A stretch of DNA of 64,000 bases from Treponema sp. (GCF_051883275.1 NZ_JBJETK010000004.1:13270-77269); one strand, 5' to 3'. Positions 7,901 to 15,366 are shown, counted from the first letter of the stretch. Numbers and translations are program-made. The notes: generated by a model from the letters alone, not told the origin.

Positions 7901-8092
7901 TATCGTATAGTTCAAGACTGAACAGAATACGTCGCGGATAAAGCCTTCCTGATACTGTTCTTCTTTTATCGTGCGGATATTTGCGATTTTAGTTTCGTTT
8001 TTGTAGTTTGCGCAGAAGAGTTCGTATTTTTCGTGTAAGAGGTTTGCATCTATTTTTGAAAGGTATTTTTCGATTATTGATTTTTGAAACAT
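4952..8092 (-). CDS. Type IIG restriction-modification enzyme (Eco57I/TaqI-like: nuclease + N6-adenine MTase + TRD)
   Basis: 1046 aa. N-terminal SDGAI...VIELKG PD-(D/E)XK motif, motif I ILDPACGSGAFL, motif IV VIGNPPYVR, and a TaqI_C-like TRD near the C-terminus. Confidence 0.95.
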   Translation of the reverse strand: MFQKSIIEKYLSKIDANLLHEKYELFCANYKNETKIANIRTIKEEQYQEGFIRDVFCSVLNYTIKPEPDYNILTELKNETKNKNNARKSDGAICEENNENSVRAVIELKGTDTTDLDTVARQAFDYKSHHENCNYVIVCNFERLRVYVETQIEFIEFNLFTLNYEDFCILYLLMELTQLKNDVPLKIKHETLSEEKQITDNFYADYSTFKRLLFEDMIENNPEIDKLVLFKKTQKLLDRILFILFCEDRGLLPANSVMGIIGDYQKLKEMGYAQPLYSVFKTYFDRIDKGYKSESDSTKNIFAYNGGLFKQDEILDSLKIGDDVLFIHTKRLADYDFESQISVDILGRIFENSLTEIEEIQKEIEAEKSGEKVENNNVGKRKKDGVFYTPEYITKYIVENTIGKLCEQKRAELNINDEAISKALTKKEKDRLNKALNEYQEWLFTLKILDPACGSGAFLTAALTQLKTEHRRVFDFLRTINNDTMAFAEYSDNSILENNLYGVDINEESVEITKLSLWLHTAQKDRKLTTLNNKIKCGNSLIDDPAVAGEKAFVWEKEFPEVFEKGGFDVVIGNPPYVRAELLLSKDITFYKNNFNVFNPDGDLFSYFYEKGLSLLNENGIFGFISNTFDKTTSGKTLRDFIATKTTIEKYVDFTEVQIFSGATTYPIILILKKKFEEGNIFIYKKIPNSMNGNIVINACNDVNVSQANLNSESWSFESNELKSILNKITSFPTVSEKYGKCYRGVLTGLNEAFFIDEATKNRLIEEDPKSAELIKKVFEGKDLNKWINRPIEKYILSVHNGYDDIDVINIDDYKAVKNYLNGFYDKLEKRYDKGKTPYNLRNCAYQSLFEKNKVIWGNLQNSNKFSYDETKTIVSAPCCMLPTDNKSLVSILNSKIVWKFLTSICVVRNGGYIEVKPQYFEQIPIPDFENNKELDDLTDKMLALNENLQKKSGNFLKVVKQTFALEKISTKLETFYDLDFDGFMKELKQKVTPKTKLEWLEIFEDTKNQLQELQTQITATDKEINALVYKLYDLTAEEIAIVEGR

Positions 8093-8240
8093 TGTGGTTC
8101 TCCGTCTGGTGGTTTGCCTCTATTTTAGTTTAGCATTTTTGGGGAGAATTTTCTATAAAATTGTAAACCGGAAGAAAAAGCTGCAAGTTCGGGATGACAA
8201 AAACGTATTAGCATCCCCAAATGCACGGACAAAAAAATAT

Positions 8241-8389
8241 TTCATCAAGAACAAAATTTATTTTCATCTTGAGCAAAAATTATCTTTATCTTGAACAAAT
8301 ATTCAGAAAACAGGCTTTTTACGCCTTGCAAACAGTCTTTTTTCATGTTGTAAACAGTCTATTTACAGCCTGTAAACAGACTGTTTACA
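8241..8389. repeat. Array of seven near-palindromic sites at 22-bp spacing (three TTYATCWWGAnnAA, then four TGTAAACAG-N-CTGTTTACA-type)
   Basis: Site centres at about 8247.5, 8269.5, 8291.5, 8314, 8336, 8358 and 8380. The last site (8371-8389) is a perfect palindrome; the site at 8305-8323 is degenerate. Confidence 0.8.
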
Positions 8390-8567
8390 GATTTTTGCAA
8401 AAATACGAAGTCTAATTCTTTATTATATAATAACATAGAACGACATAAAAAACAATAAATTTTTATTTTTGCAAGGAATCTTTTTCATTTCCCTCTCTTC
8501 CCCTGCAATATTCAAACTCAACCGTATCTTGAAATCAAATGGAATTACATCTCTACCCAACTATAAT

Positions 8568-8594
8568 CGTCACCCCGAACTCGTTTCGGGGTCT
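8568..8594 (+). repeat. CGTC-tagged REP-like palindrome
   Basis: CGTC-ACCCCGAA-ctcgt-TTCGGGGT. A related half site (GTCATCCCGAACTTG, minus strand) lies at 8184-8198. Confidence 0.65.
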
Positions 8595-8793
8595 ATACGC
8601 TATATATAGTGCGGATTCTGAAACAAGATGTCATGATATAAATATCTGAAATGTGGTACTCTGATTCGACGGAATCAGAGAGTCGGCGGAAGGTTCTTCC
8701 GAACAGTGAAGAAGGCACCTAAAAAAAGTCTCTTACTTCGAAAACAAGATTGACCAAAAACGTTGTTAGTCGTTTTTATCCAATTCTATGAAA

Positions 8794-9273
8794 TTACCAT
8801 TGACTTTTATCTATCTGATATTTTTTAAAAATTCCTTTATTAGAATCCCATATAAGTGAAATTCCTTCCGTAACATTTTTTCCATTTTCACAGTAATAAA
8901 TTGTGTGAATATATCCTGTTTTTTCAGTTATATTAATTTTCCAACCATAAAACTGTTTTCCTTTTATATCTGATGAAAACAAAACAGTATTGTTTGTTTC
9001 AATTTTATTTTCAGAAAACTTTATGTAAGGATATACTTCATTTTTATTACTCGGTAATTCATAAATTATTGCTTTATCAAATATTTGTCTTTCAGAATCT
9101 TTATAATTAGCTGATAAATACATTTTTTTTCCACAAATACTAATTATTTCTGTTTTAAAATTATTATCTCCAAAATAGGACTCTAGATATGAAAGAGGTT
9201 CTTTTGAATGTATACGAAAGGCACAAAATACTAACAGAAAAATTGCTGTAAATGTCTTAAATCGCTTTTCCAT
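8794..9273 (-). CDS. Exported protein, putative immunity protein for the upstream NlpC/P60 domain
   Basis: 159 aa with a signal-peptide-like N-terminus (MEKRFKTFTAIFLLVFCAFRIHS). Starts 9 nt after the fusion gene stop. The function is inferred from position. Confidence 0.65.
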   Translation of the reverse strand: MEKRFKTFTAIFLLVFCAFRIHSKEPLSYLESYFGDNNFKTEIISICGKKMYLSANYKDSERQIFDKAIIYELPSNKNEVYPYIKFSENKIETNNTVLFSSDIKGKQFYGWKINITEKTGYIHTIYYCENGKNVTEGISLIWDSNKGIFKKYQIDKSQW

Positions 9274-9282
9274 AATTATCTC

Positions 9283-10197
9283 CTAAAATCGTAAGCTTCT
9301 GATTTCCCCAGTTTGAGGTAAAGGGGTTTCAATTAATTCTATAAGACCAGGATTGTCTAAGGTGTTTTCAGGTCCACCAGAGGCATTTACTCTGGCACCA
9401 TTTGAATTAACTATAGTTTGGACATGTACTATTCTGCCGTCTTCATCTCGCAAGAAACGTAAATCACCTCTTTGAAGAGGCCCATTAACAGGTTCTGTGT
9501 AATTAGCATAAATATCACTAGCTGTTTGATCCGGTATATTATTTCCCATTTGATTAAGACCGTATATTATTGAACCAGAACAATCCATTCCACCGTCTTC
9601 TGGTGAATTACCACCCCAAACATATGAACTTCCAACTAAGTTTTCCATAGTTTCTGCAAACTGCTCTGCAGATCCACTTAATTGTGAAGAATTATTATTA
9701 AAAGTATTATCTATAGAGTTTTCTGCTGCAATATTTTGGTTTGCAGGCAAAGTATATGCGGTAGTAGTATCATTGTCTGTTTCAATACCTTCATGTGCGA
9801 TTTCCATTCTTTCAAGTGCAAAGGTATTAGAACATGAACAATCAAGTTTTGGACCAATCCAGCGGCAAGGTATTGCCCGAAAGAAATTCCATCGTTTGAT
9901 TTCATTTCCTTCTGTATCTTTTAGGACAATCGAACCACTTTTACGTTCGACTTTTTCTGAAATTAAGAAATTCTTGAACCAGTTGAATAATTCATCGTTG
10001 TTGCTGATTCCCTTTTCTAGAACAAAATTTGGATAGCGAGTTCGCCCCTTAAAACGATGAACGCCGCCACCACCTTCTTCAATTTCAAATACTTCAGTTT
10101 CAGCTTCTAAGCCTTCACATTTTTGAAATCTTGCAGTTTCAATTCCGTCAAGTTCTATAAAAAATAAATATGATTTTAAATTAGAGTTATCTGCCAT
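9283..10197 (-). CDS. Fusion of a T4-gp19/Afp1-like contractile tail tube domain (aa ~1-140) and an NlpC/P60 peptidoglycan hydrolase domain (aa ~175-304)
   Basis: Tube motifs: FFIELDG..ARFQKCEGLEAETEVFEIEEGG...GRTRYPNFVLEKGI...LFNWF...RKSGSIVL.D..G.EI.RWNF.RA.PCRW.GP.L...ERMEIAHEG. NlpC/P60 motifs: LVGSSYVWGG...GMDCSG...GDL.F...IVHV...VNAS. Confidence 0.9.
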   Translation of the reverse strand: MADNSNLKSYLFFIELDGIETARFQKCEGLEAETEVFEIEEGGGGVHRFKGRTRYPNFVLEKGISNNDELFNWFKNFLISEKVERKSGSIVLKDTEGNEIKRWNFFRAIPCRWIGPKLDCSCSNTFALERMEIAHEGIETDNDTTTAYTLPANQNIAAENSIDNTFNNNSSQLSGSAEQFAETMENLVGSSYVWGGNSPEDGGMDCSGSIIYGLNQMGNNIPDQTASDIYANYTEPVNGPLQRGDLRFLRDEDGRIVHVQTIVNSNGARVNASGGPENTLDNPGLIELIETPLPQTGEIRSLRF

Positions 10198-10288
10198 AAT
10201 AATTCCATTCTATTATATTCCATATAAACAATGAAAATATATAAAAATAGTTACATTATTTGGAGAACTGCGCCCCAGTGCGGTCGTC

Positions 10289-10395
10289 CGACTAACTATG
10301 CAGCTAAACCGCAACGCAATTTACAGCCACACGAATCGCTCGCGTTTTTTCCTTAAGTTTAAATCCGTCAAAAACTGCTCCCGCATGAAGCGAAA
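10289..10395 (+). other. Possible truncated integron attC site
   Basis: Begins CGACTAAC, the exact complement of GTTAGTCG at 8765-8772. An internal hairpin is present, but the distal arm is missing and is replaced by an IS110 fragment. Confidence 0.45.
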
Positions 10396-10399
10396 AATG

Positions 10400-10550
10400 A
10401 AGGGCAATCAGAATGTAGTACCAGTGGCTTGCTGCAAGAAAATTGGCAGAGCTGATGTACACTCTGTTGAAAAATGGTATGTCATATGAAAAAAGAGCTT
10501 CCGTGTCAGCTAAACAGCTGGCAGCAGAAGTCCTTGCAATGGCCAGTTAA
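10400..10550 (+). pseudogene. IS110-family transposase C-terminal remnant
   Basis: Manual translation across a frameshift gives KGNQNVVPVA/ARKLAELMYTLLKNGMSYEKR...*, resembling the IS110 C-terminal A-V-A-R-K-L...L-K motif. Confidence 0.6.
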
Positions 10551-10697
10551 TTATTGGAATCAGGAGCTTCATGGTATTGACAAATATCATAGGAGTTCAG
10601 AATGACACCAGTTTTTAGATACTTTTTCCCATATTTTTCACTTGATTTTCACTGATTTTTCACATATATTAACTGTAAAAGCACTTTAAACAATGTT

Positions 10698-10976
10698 TTG
10701 GAGGACAATATGGCAAACATTACAATTACTTTGGACGATCAGGATAAAACTGCTATTTCTAATTTCTGCGAGCAGATTGGCATGACTGTTTCAGGGCTTT
10801 ACAATGTTTTTACAAAGCAGGTTATCCGCGAAGGACGCATTCCGTTTGAAATCAAAGTTGACCGCCCGAACCGCAAGACAATCAAAGCAATGCTCGAAGG
10901 CGACAAAATCGCAAACGACCCGAATGTCAAAGGATATACAAATGTTCACGAAATGATGGAGGCTTTGCTTAAATAA
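10698..10976 (+). CDS. dinJ: RelB/DinJ family antitoxin
   Basis: ITITLDDQDK...IGMTVSGLYNVFTKQVIREGRIPFEI...PNRKTIKAM.EG; overlaps the yafQ start. Confidence 0.9.
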   Translation: MEDNMANITITLDDQDKTAISNFCEQIGMTVSGLYNVFTKQVIREGRIPFEIKVDRPNRKTIKAMLEGDKIANDPNVKGYTNVHEMMEALLK

Positions 10977-11278
10977 TGGAATTTTCAAAGAAAAAAACAA
11001 AATATGAAATGCGTTTTACATCTGCAATGAAAAAAGACATGAAAAAAATTGTAAAACGCCATTATGATTTAAATCTTTTTGCAGAAACCGTTGAAAAACT
11101 CGCTAATGCCCAGCCTCTTGAAGAAAAATACTGCGACCATGCCCTTGAAGGAAACTGGAAAGGTCATCGTGAACTGCACATAAGACCTGACTGGCTGTTA
11201 ATTTATCAGATTAAAGACGATGTGCTTATCCTTGAACTTTCCAGAACCGGAACCCATTCAGATTTATTCGGAAAATAA
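10976..11278 (+). CDS. yafQ: YafQ family mRNA interferase toxin
   Basis: FTSAMKKDMK...PLEEKYCDHALEGNWKGHRELHIRPDWLLIY...L.L.RTGTHSDLF. Confidence 0.95.
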   Translation: MEFSKKKTKYEMRFTSAMKKDMKKIVKRHYDLNLFAETVEKLANAQPLEEKYCDHALEGNWKGHRELHIRPDWLLIYQIKDDVLILELSRTGTHSDLFGK

Positions 11279-11394
11279 AATCTCTCCAATACTCTGTAAG
11301 TTTATCACATTTTTTGAATGTTGTCTGTTTTTTGCATGTACTGCATTGAGGTAAAAAAATTGGCACTTGTTTATTTCTTGTATATCCTAAAAAA

Positions 11395-12255
11395 ATGAAT
11401 GTCAAATCTAAAAAACAGCTTGAGCAGGTTGATTTTCTCAATGCAATAAATGAACTTGGAATAGGCGGTGCTGACGTATGTGTTCACGCATCGGTAAAAT
11501 CGTTCGGGGCAAAGATTAACTGCGGAATAAAGGGAATCGTCTTGGCTTTTTTGTCGCAGGACTGCACTGTGATGGTTCCGGCATTTTGCGATGAATACGA
11601 AGCGCGGCCCGAAAAAAAATATATGCCCGAACGGAACGGAGCAGGGGACTATTCATTTTTTTTGAACAGGGACTATCCTGTAAAAAAAATCTTTGACGTA
11701 ACGAGCAGAGAAATTTCGCTTGAAGAAATGGGACTGTTTTCAAAAACCGTTCTGGATTTTGAAAATGCCGTCAGGGGAAACAACCCTTTAAACTCATTCG
11801 CCGCAGTCGGACGCAATGCAGAAAAACTTACGCTCTCGCAGACTGCCCGCGACGTTTATGCTCCGTTACGCAGACTGTGTGACGACGGCGGCTACGTCCT
11901 TTTAATCGGCGTCGGACTTGATTCTGCAACAATCATTCATTACGCTGAACAGCTCGCAGGCAGAACTCCGTTTGTCAGATGGGCATACGGCAAAGACCTT
12001 CGCGTAATTCCCGTATCAGCCGGAAGCTGCTCCGACGGCTTTGAAAACCTCGCTCCGTTCGTCAGCCCCATCGCCCGAAAAACAAAAGTTGCCGAAAGCG
12101 AATGGATATGCTTCAAAGCCTCCGACCTCGCCGCCCTCTGCCAGACCCAAATCACCCGAACCCCAAAAATAACCCATTGCCCCGACCCCACCTGCCCCCG
12201 CTGCAACGACGCCATCTCCGGCGGCCCAATCCTCCCACCAGACTTCTGGAAGTAA
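11395..12255 (+). CDS. AAC(3) family aminoglycoside N3-acetyltransferase homolog
   Basis: VCVHASVKSFG...TVMVPAF...RGNNPLNSFAAVG...VLLIGVGLDSATIIHYAE..A are AAC(3)/YokD family motifs. Confidence 0.85.
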   Translation: MNVKSKKQLEQVDFLNAINELGIGGADVCVHASVKSFGAKINCGIKGIVLAFLSQDCTVMVPAFCDEYEARPEKKYMPERNGAGDYSFFLNRDYPVKKIFDVTSREISLEEMGLFSKTVLDFENAVRGNNPLNSFAAVGRNAEKLTLSQTARDVYAPLRRLCDDGGYVLLIGVGLDSATIIHYAEQLAGRTPFVRWAYGKDLRVIPVSAGSCSDGFENLAPFVSPIARKTKVAESEWICFKASDLAALCQTQITRTPKITHCPDPTCPRCNDAISGGPILPPDFWK

Positions 12256-12260
12256 TTTTT

Positions 12261-12509
12261 TTGTCGCATCTCTGTCAAAAAGTATTTGGGAATAAACGGA
12301 AAACCAAAACTGCGCGGCATTTTCCAAAAAAGAGCGGATAAATCAAGATAAAATGCTATAAATTCGGGATGAATTTGAAAACAAAACGGGATAAAAAAAG
12401 GAGCCTTGCGCGCCTGAAAAGCACCGTAACTCCTGAAACAATGTATTGATATTTGCTTCTATAATATATCAGATTTTTCTTTATTAGGCAAATGATTTTC
12501 GGCCGTTTT
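12261..12509 (+). repeat. ~250-bp direct repeat, copy a (partner 15367-15768)
   Basis: Near-identical from TTGTCGCATCTCTGTC to AAATGATTTTCG. Copy b has an extra 150 bp. Confidence 0.95.
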
Positions 12510-12720
12510 TTACTAAACGCAAAATATAATTTCCCTTCCAGACCGTTTAAAAAATACAGGTTAATAACGATTTCGATAACTTTGGAATAAGATTCTAACA
12601 TTAAAACTGGGAAATCTATATGGAAAGGCGACTGACCAAAAAGACCGCCTTAATTTTTATCCTAAATCACTTTTTTGAGAATTACCTGGTATAGAAACTT
12701 TACCAGTCTGTTCGTCTGGC

Positions 12721-12790
12721 GCAGCAGATTTTCATCTATTTTGAAAGGTATTTTTCGATTATTGATTTTTGAAACATTGTGGTTCTCCGT
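12721..12790 (-). pseudogene. Relic of the 5' end of the Type IIG R-M gene
   Basis: Matches ~8036-8104 including the start codon and upstream bases. It reads MFQKSIIEKYLSK and then stops because of a 1-nt loss; the shifted frame continues IDENLL versus IDANLL in the gene. Confidence 0.85.
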
Positions 12791-12910
12791 TTTTGTATTC
12801 TGCCTGTGTTTTACTTGCGTTCTTTTATTAATGTAAAACTGCTGGACTATTTTTTTTGATTTTAGCACGTTTGTGAAATTTTTTCTATGAAATTGCCTGC
12901 GGCTTTTTTT

Positions 12911-13023
12911 GCGTTAGGGATTGTAGGAGCGCGGAGCGTTCGGGAGCGACCGAAGGGAGCGGACGAATGGAGCGATTAGCGGAACTCCGAAAAGCCCGAC
13001 CGCCTTTTAAGGCGGGAACGCCC
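12911..13023 (+). repeat. GC-rich REP/MITE-like dispersed element
   Basis: Starts GCGTTAGGGATTG and ends AAAGCCCGACCGCCTTTTAAGGCGGGAACGCCC (terminal hairpin). Homologous to 3241-3321. Confidence 0.75.
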
Positions 13024-13102
13024 TGATGTTTAAAAAAATTTTATTTGGGGGCGGCGGTTATTTTGAGTTTAGCACTTTTGGGTAGTTTTTTCTATAAATC
13101 AT

Positions 13103-13214
13103 AACAGGGAATTGTTCGGGCTTTTGTTCAATGAGCGCGTTCTTGATGAAGAGGAAAATACTGACGTACCGCTTGCGGAACACGGCATGAGCCTTATAAA
13201 TTTCAATGCGCTTT
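13103..13214 (+). pseudogene. Collapsed relic of the ppk1 5' region
   Basis: 13103-13179 matches 17306-17382 and 13171-13214 matches 17593-17636. The two pieces are joined at the shared 9-mer GCTTGCGGA. Confidence 0.9.
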
Positions 13215-13242
13215 TGACATAAAAGTTGTCTGCGGATATAAT
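13214..13242 (+). promoter_or_regulatory. Consensus sigma70 promoter upstream of the HxlR gene
   Basis: TTGACA-17 nt-TATAAT. Confidence 0.8.
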
Positions 13243-13335
13243 AGTAACTATGATTTTCAGAGTAATGAAAATGTTAATTTATCAAAATGTATTTTTAGTC
13301 TGTGTACATTTATTTGTGTACTTTGCATAAGGAGT

Positions 13336-13719
13336 GTGAATTATATGTATCAAAGAAAATTAGATAAGGATATACGATGTCCATTAGAATATGGACTGGA
13401 AATCTTTGGAGGGAAATGGAACTCTAGAATTATATGTGTATTAGCTGCGAAGAAAGTTTTGCGTTACAGTGAACTCAGAAAAGAAATGGGAAATATAACT
13501 GATGCAGTTTTAGCATCAGCACTGAAAGACTTGATTAGCAACGAAATAGTGGTCAGAAAATCCTATGATGAAATTCCTCCTCGTGTTGAATATTCGTTAT
13601 CCGAAAAAGGAGAATCCGTTGTTCCCATTTTACAAAGCATCTGCAAATGGTCAGGTATTTTTTATAAAGATGATAATGACCACATGATGGTGCATTGCCA
13701 AAAGTGTGATTATCGTTGA
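13336..13719 (+). CDS. HxlR family winged-helix transcriptional regulator
   Basis: CPLEYGLEIFGGKWNSRII...LRYSELRK...LASALKDL....V.RKSYDEIPPRVEYSLSEKG. Confidence 0.93.
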   Translation: MNYMYQRKLDKDIRCPLEYGLEIFGGKWNSRIICVLAAKKVLRYSELRKEMGNITDAVLASALKDLISNEIVVRKSYDEIPPRVEYSLSEKGESVVPILQSICKWSGIFYKDDNDHMMVHCQKCDYR

Positions 13720-13774
13720 GGTGCAAAACAGGTGCAGAGCCTGAAATACACCCTGCACCCGTTTGATGTTTGAA

Positions 13775-14170
13775 TTACAGAACTTTTTTGTTTTCAGCCC
13801 CCGGAGTTGTTACAATAACTTTTTCAGGGTTAATGATAAGTGCACCCTTTGCAGTAGCAGCACCATTGAACATCTTTTCTACCATTGCCTTAAAATTATT
13901 GACAACAGCACCTTCAGTAACATATTCCGCAGTTCCTTTGATTTGGTAGCCCTCAAGGCTTTGTGCATCGTAAACAGAGATAGCAATCTTTCCACCATTT
14001 GCTTTGATATTGTTCAAGGTAGTTTCCAAAAATACATCGCCAACAACCAGCTTTCCGTCATCAGTCACATCTTTAAATGCAACAGGTACAACATTCGGTT
14101 CTCCGTTCGCACAGGTAGCCAAATCCCACATGCTTGATTTTAACAGATTTAAAACATTTTCGTTCATCAT
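13775..14170 (-). CDS. Pyridoxamine 5'-phosphate oxidase-like FMN-binding protein
   Basis: WDLATCANGEPNVVPV.FK.V..DGKLVVGDVF...TL.NI..N.KIAISVY...GYQIKGTAEY.T.G. Confidence 0.85.
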   Translation of the reverse strand: MMNENVLNLLKSSMWDLATCANGEPNVVPVAFKDVTDDGKLVVGDVFLETTLNNIKANGGKIAISVYDAQSLEGYQIKGTAEYVTEGAVVNNFKAMVEKMFNGAATAKGALIINPEKVIVTTPGAENKKVL

Positions 14171-14406
14171 AAAAATACCTCCAGATTTAATTTGTTGTCT
14201 GCTTGGTTAAGCTATGCTTATCATAGTAAATCTACTCGTGCCAGACAATATATTAGGAAATTTATTAGTCACTATTAAATTTCATAGTAAATTGTTTGTA
14301 ACAAGCAAAAATTATATAATGTATTCGATATATGACGGAAATGATGTTATAAAGTGGCAAGACCGGGAAAATGTATATGTTTATTTCAGAGAAAGGAGAA
14401 AAAAAT

Positions 14407-14802
14407 ATGAGAATTGCAGTAACATATGAAAATGGAAAGGTATTTCAGCACTTTGGACATACAGAGCAGTTTAAACTGTATGATTGTGAAAACGATAAGG
14501 TGATAAAGGAACAGATTGTGGACACAAACGGTCAGGGACATGGAGCTTTGTCTGAATTTCTGGGGAAAGCAGGCGTGGACATATTGATTTGTGGTGGAAT
14601 TGGAAGTGGTGCCCAGTCAGCATTATCAGAGGCAGGAATTCAGTTGTATGGTGGAGTATCAGGTAATGCAGATAATGTAATTAAGGCATATTTAGAGGGT
14701 AATTTGACTTTTGATCCGAATGTACAGTGTGATCATCATGAACATCATCATGAGGATGGACATTCTTGTGGTGAAGATAAGCACGGATGTAAAGGAAAAT
14801 AG
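14407..14802 (+). CDS. NifB/NifX-like (dinitrogenase FeMo-cofactor family) protein with a His-rich tail
   Basis: MRIAVTYENGKVFQHFGHTEQF...GHGAL..FL...GVD.LICGGIG.GA; C-terminal CDHHEHHHEDGHSC. Confidence 0.88.
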   Translation: MRIAVTYENGKVFQHFGHTEQFKLYDCENDKVIKEQIVDTNGQGHGALSEFLGKAGVDILICGGIGSGAQSALSEAGIQLYGGVSGNADNVIKAYLEGNLTFDPNVQCDHHEHHHEDGHSCGEDKHGCKGK

Positions 14803-14804
14803 AA

Positions 14805-15218
14805 ATGGAAATAAAATATACAGAAAAAAAAGAATTTACACAGCAACAGGTACAAGAACTTTTTTTATCAGTAGGATGGGTTTCCGGGCAGTATCCGAGC
14901 AGATTGCATAAAGCATTGATGAATTCGTCCACAGTTATTACTGCATGGGATGAGGACAAATTAGTTGGACTTGTTCGTGCACTGGATGATAGCGAATTAG
15001 TGGCTTATCTGCATTATGTTTTAGTTAATCCGGCATACCATGGGCAAGGGATTGCTGGAACTATGATAGAAATGATTAAAGAAAAATACAAAGATTATCT
15101 TTATATTGAAGGTATGCCCGAAAACCGGAAAAATGCTCCGTTTTATCAGAAACATGGGTTTGAAATTATGGAAAATGGTGTGGCAATGCAGATTTGCAAT
15201 TATGCAAATAAAATTTAA
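14805..15218 (+). CDS. GNAT family acetyltransferase
   Basis: LVGLVRALDD...YLHYVLVNPAYHGQGIAGTMI...FYQKHGF. Confidence 0.9.
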   Translation: MEIKYTEKKEFTQQQVQELFLSVGWVSGQYPSRLHKALMNSSTVITAWDEDKLVGLVRALDDSELVAYLHYVLVNPAYHGQGIAGTMIEMIKEKYKDYLYIEGMPENRKNAPFYQKHGFEIMENGVAMQICNYANKI

Positions 15219-15245
15219 GACAGACTTATTGGAATGGTCAGTTAA

Positions 15246-15365
15246 TTAAAATGGATTGATTGGTTTCATTTTCCAATATTTATTCCTATGTTCCAACGCC
15301 AGTTCCGGTTTCTTCCATCTTGTATAAAGATTATAAAGATACCGATATACAGATTTCATATAATC
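15246..15365 (-). pseudogene. 3' fragment of an unidentified gene cut off at the edge of repeat copy b
   Basis: Open frame YMKSVYRYLYNLYTRWKKPELALEHRNKYWKMKPINPF*, whose upstream part is replaced by the repeat at 15367. Confidence 0.4.
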
Positions 15366-15366
15366 A

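Noticed and set aside
8400-8790. Integron integrase or its remnant
   Set aside because: Manual translation of part of this interval gave no tyrosine-recombinase motifs, and no long ORF is present.
11940-12341. Gly-rich and Pro-rich ORFs (11940-12320, 12016-12327, 12102-12341)
   Set aside because: They are shadow frames of the C-rich 3' end of the AAC(3) gene and the repeat.
12356-12601. 81-aa ORF (and 15546-15743) as a real gene or transposase
   Set aside because: It lies in the direct repeat, the frame is not conserved between the two copies, and no motif is recognisable.
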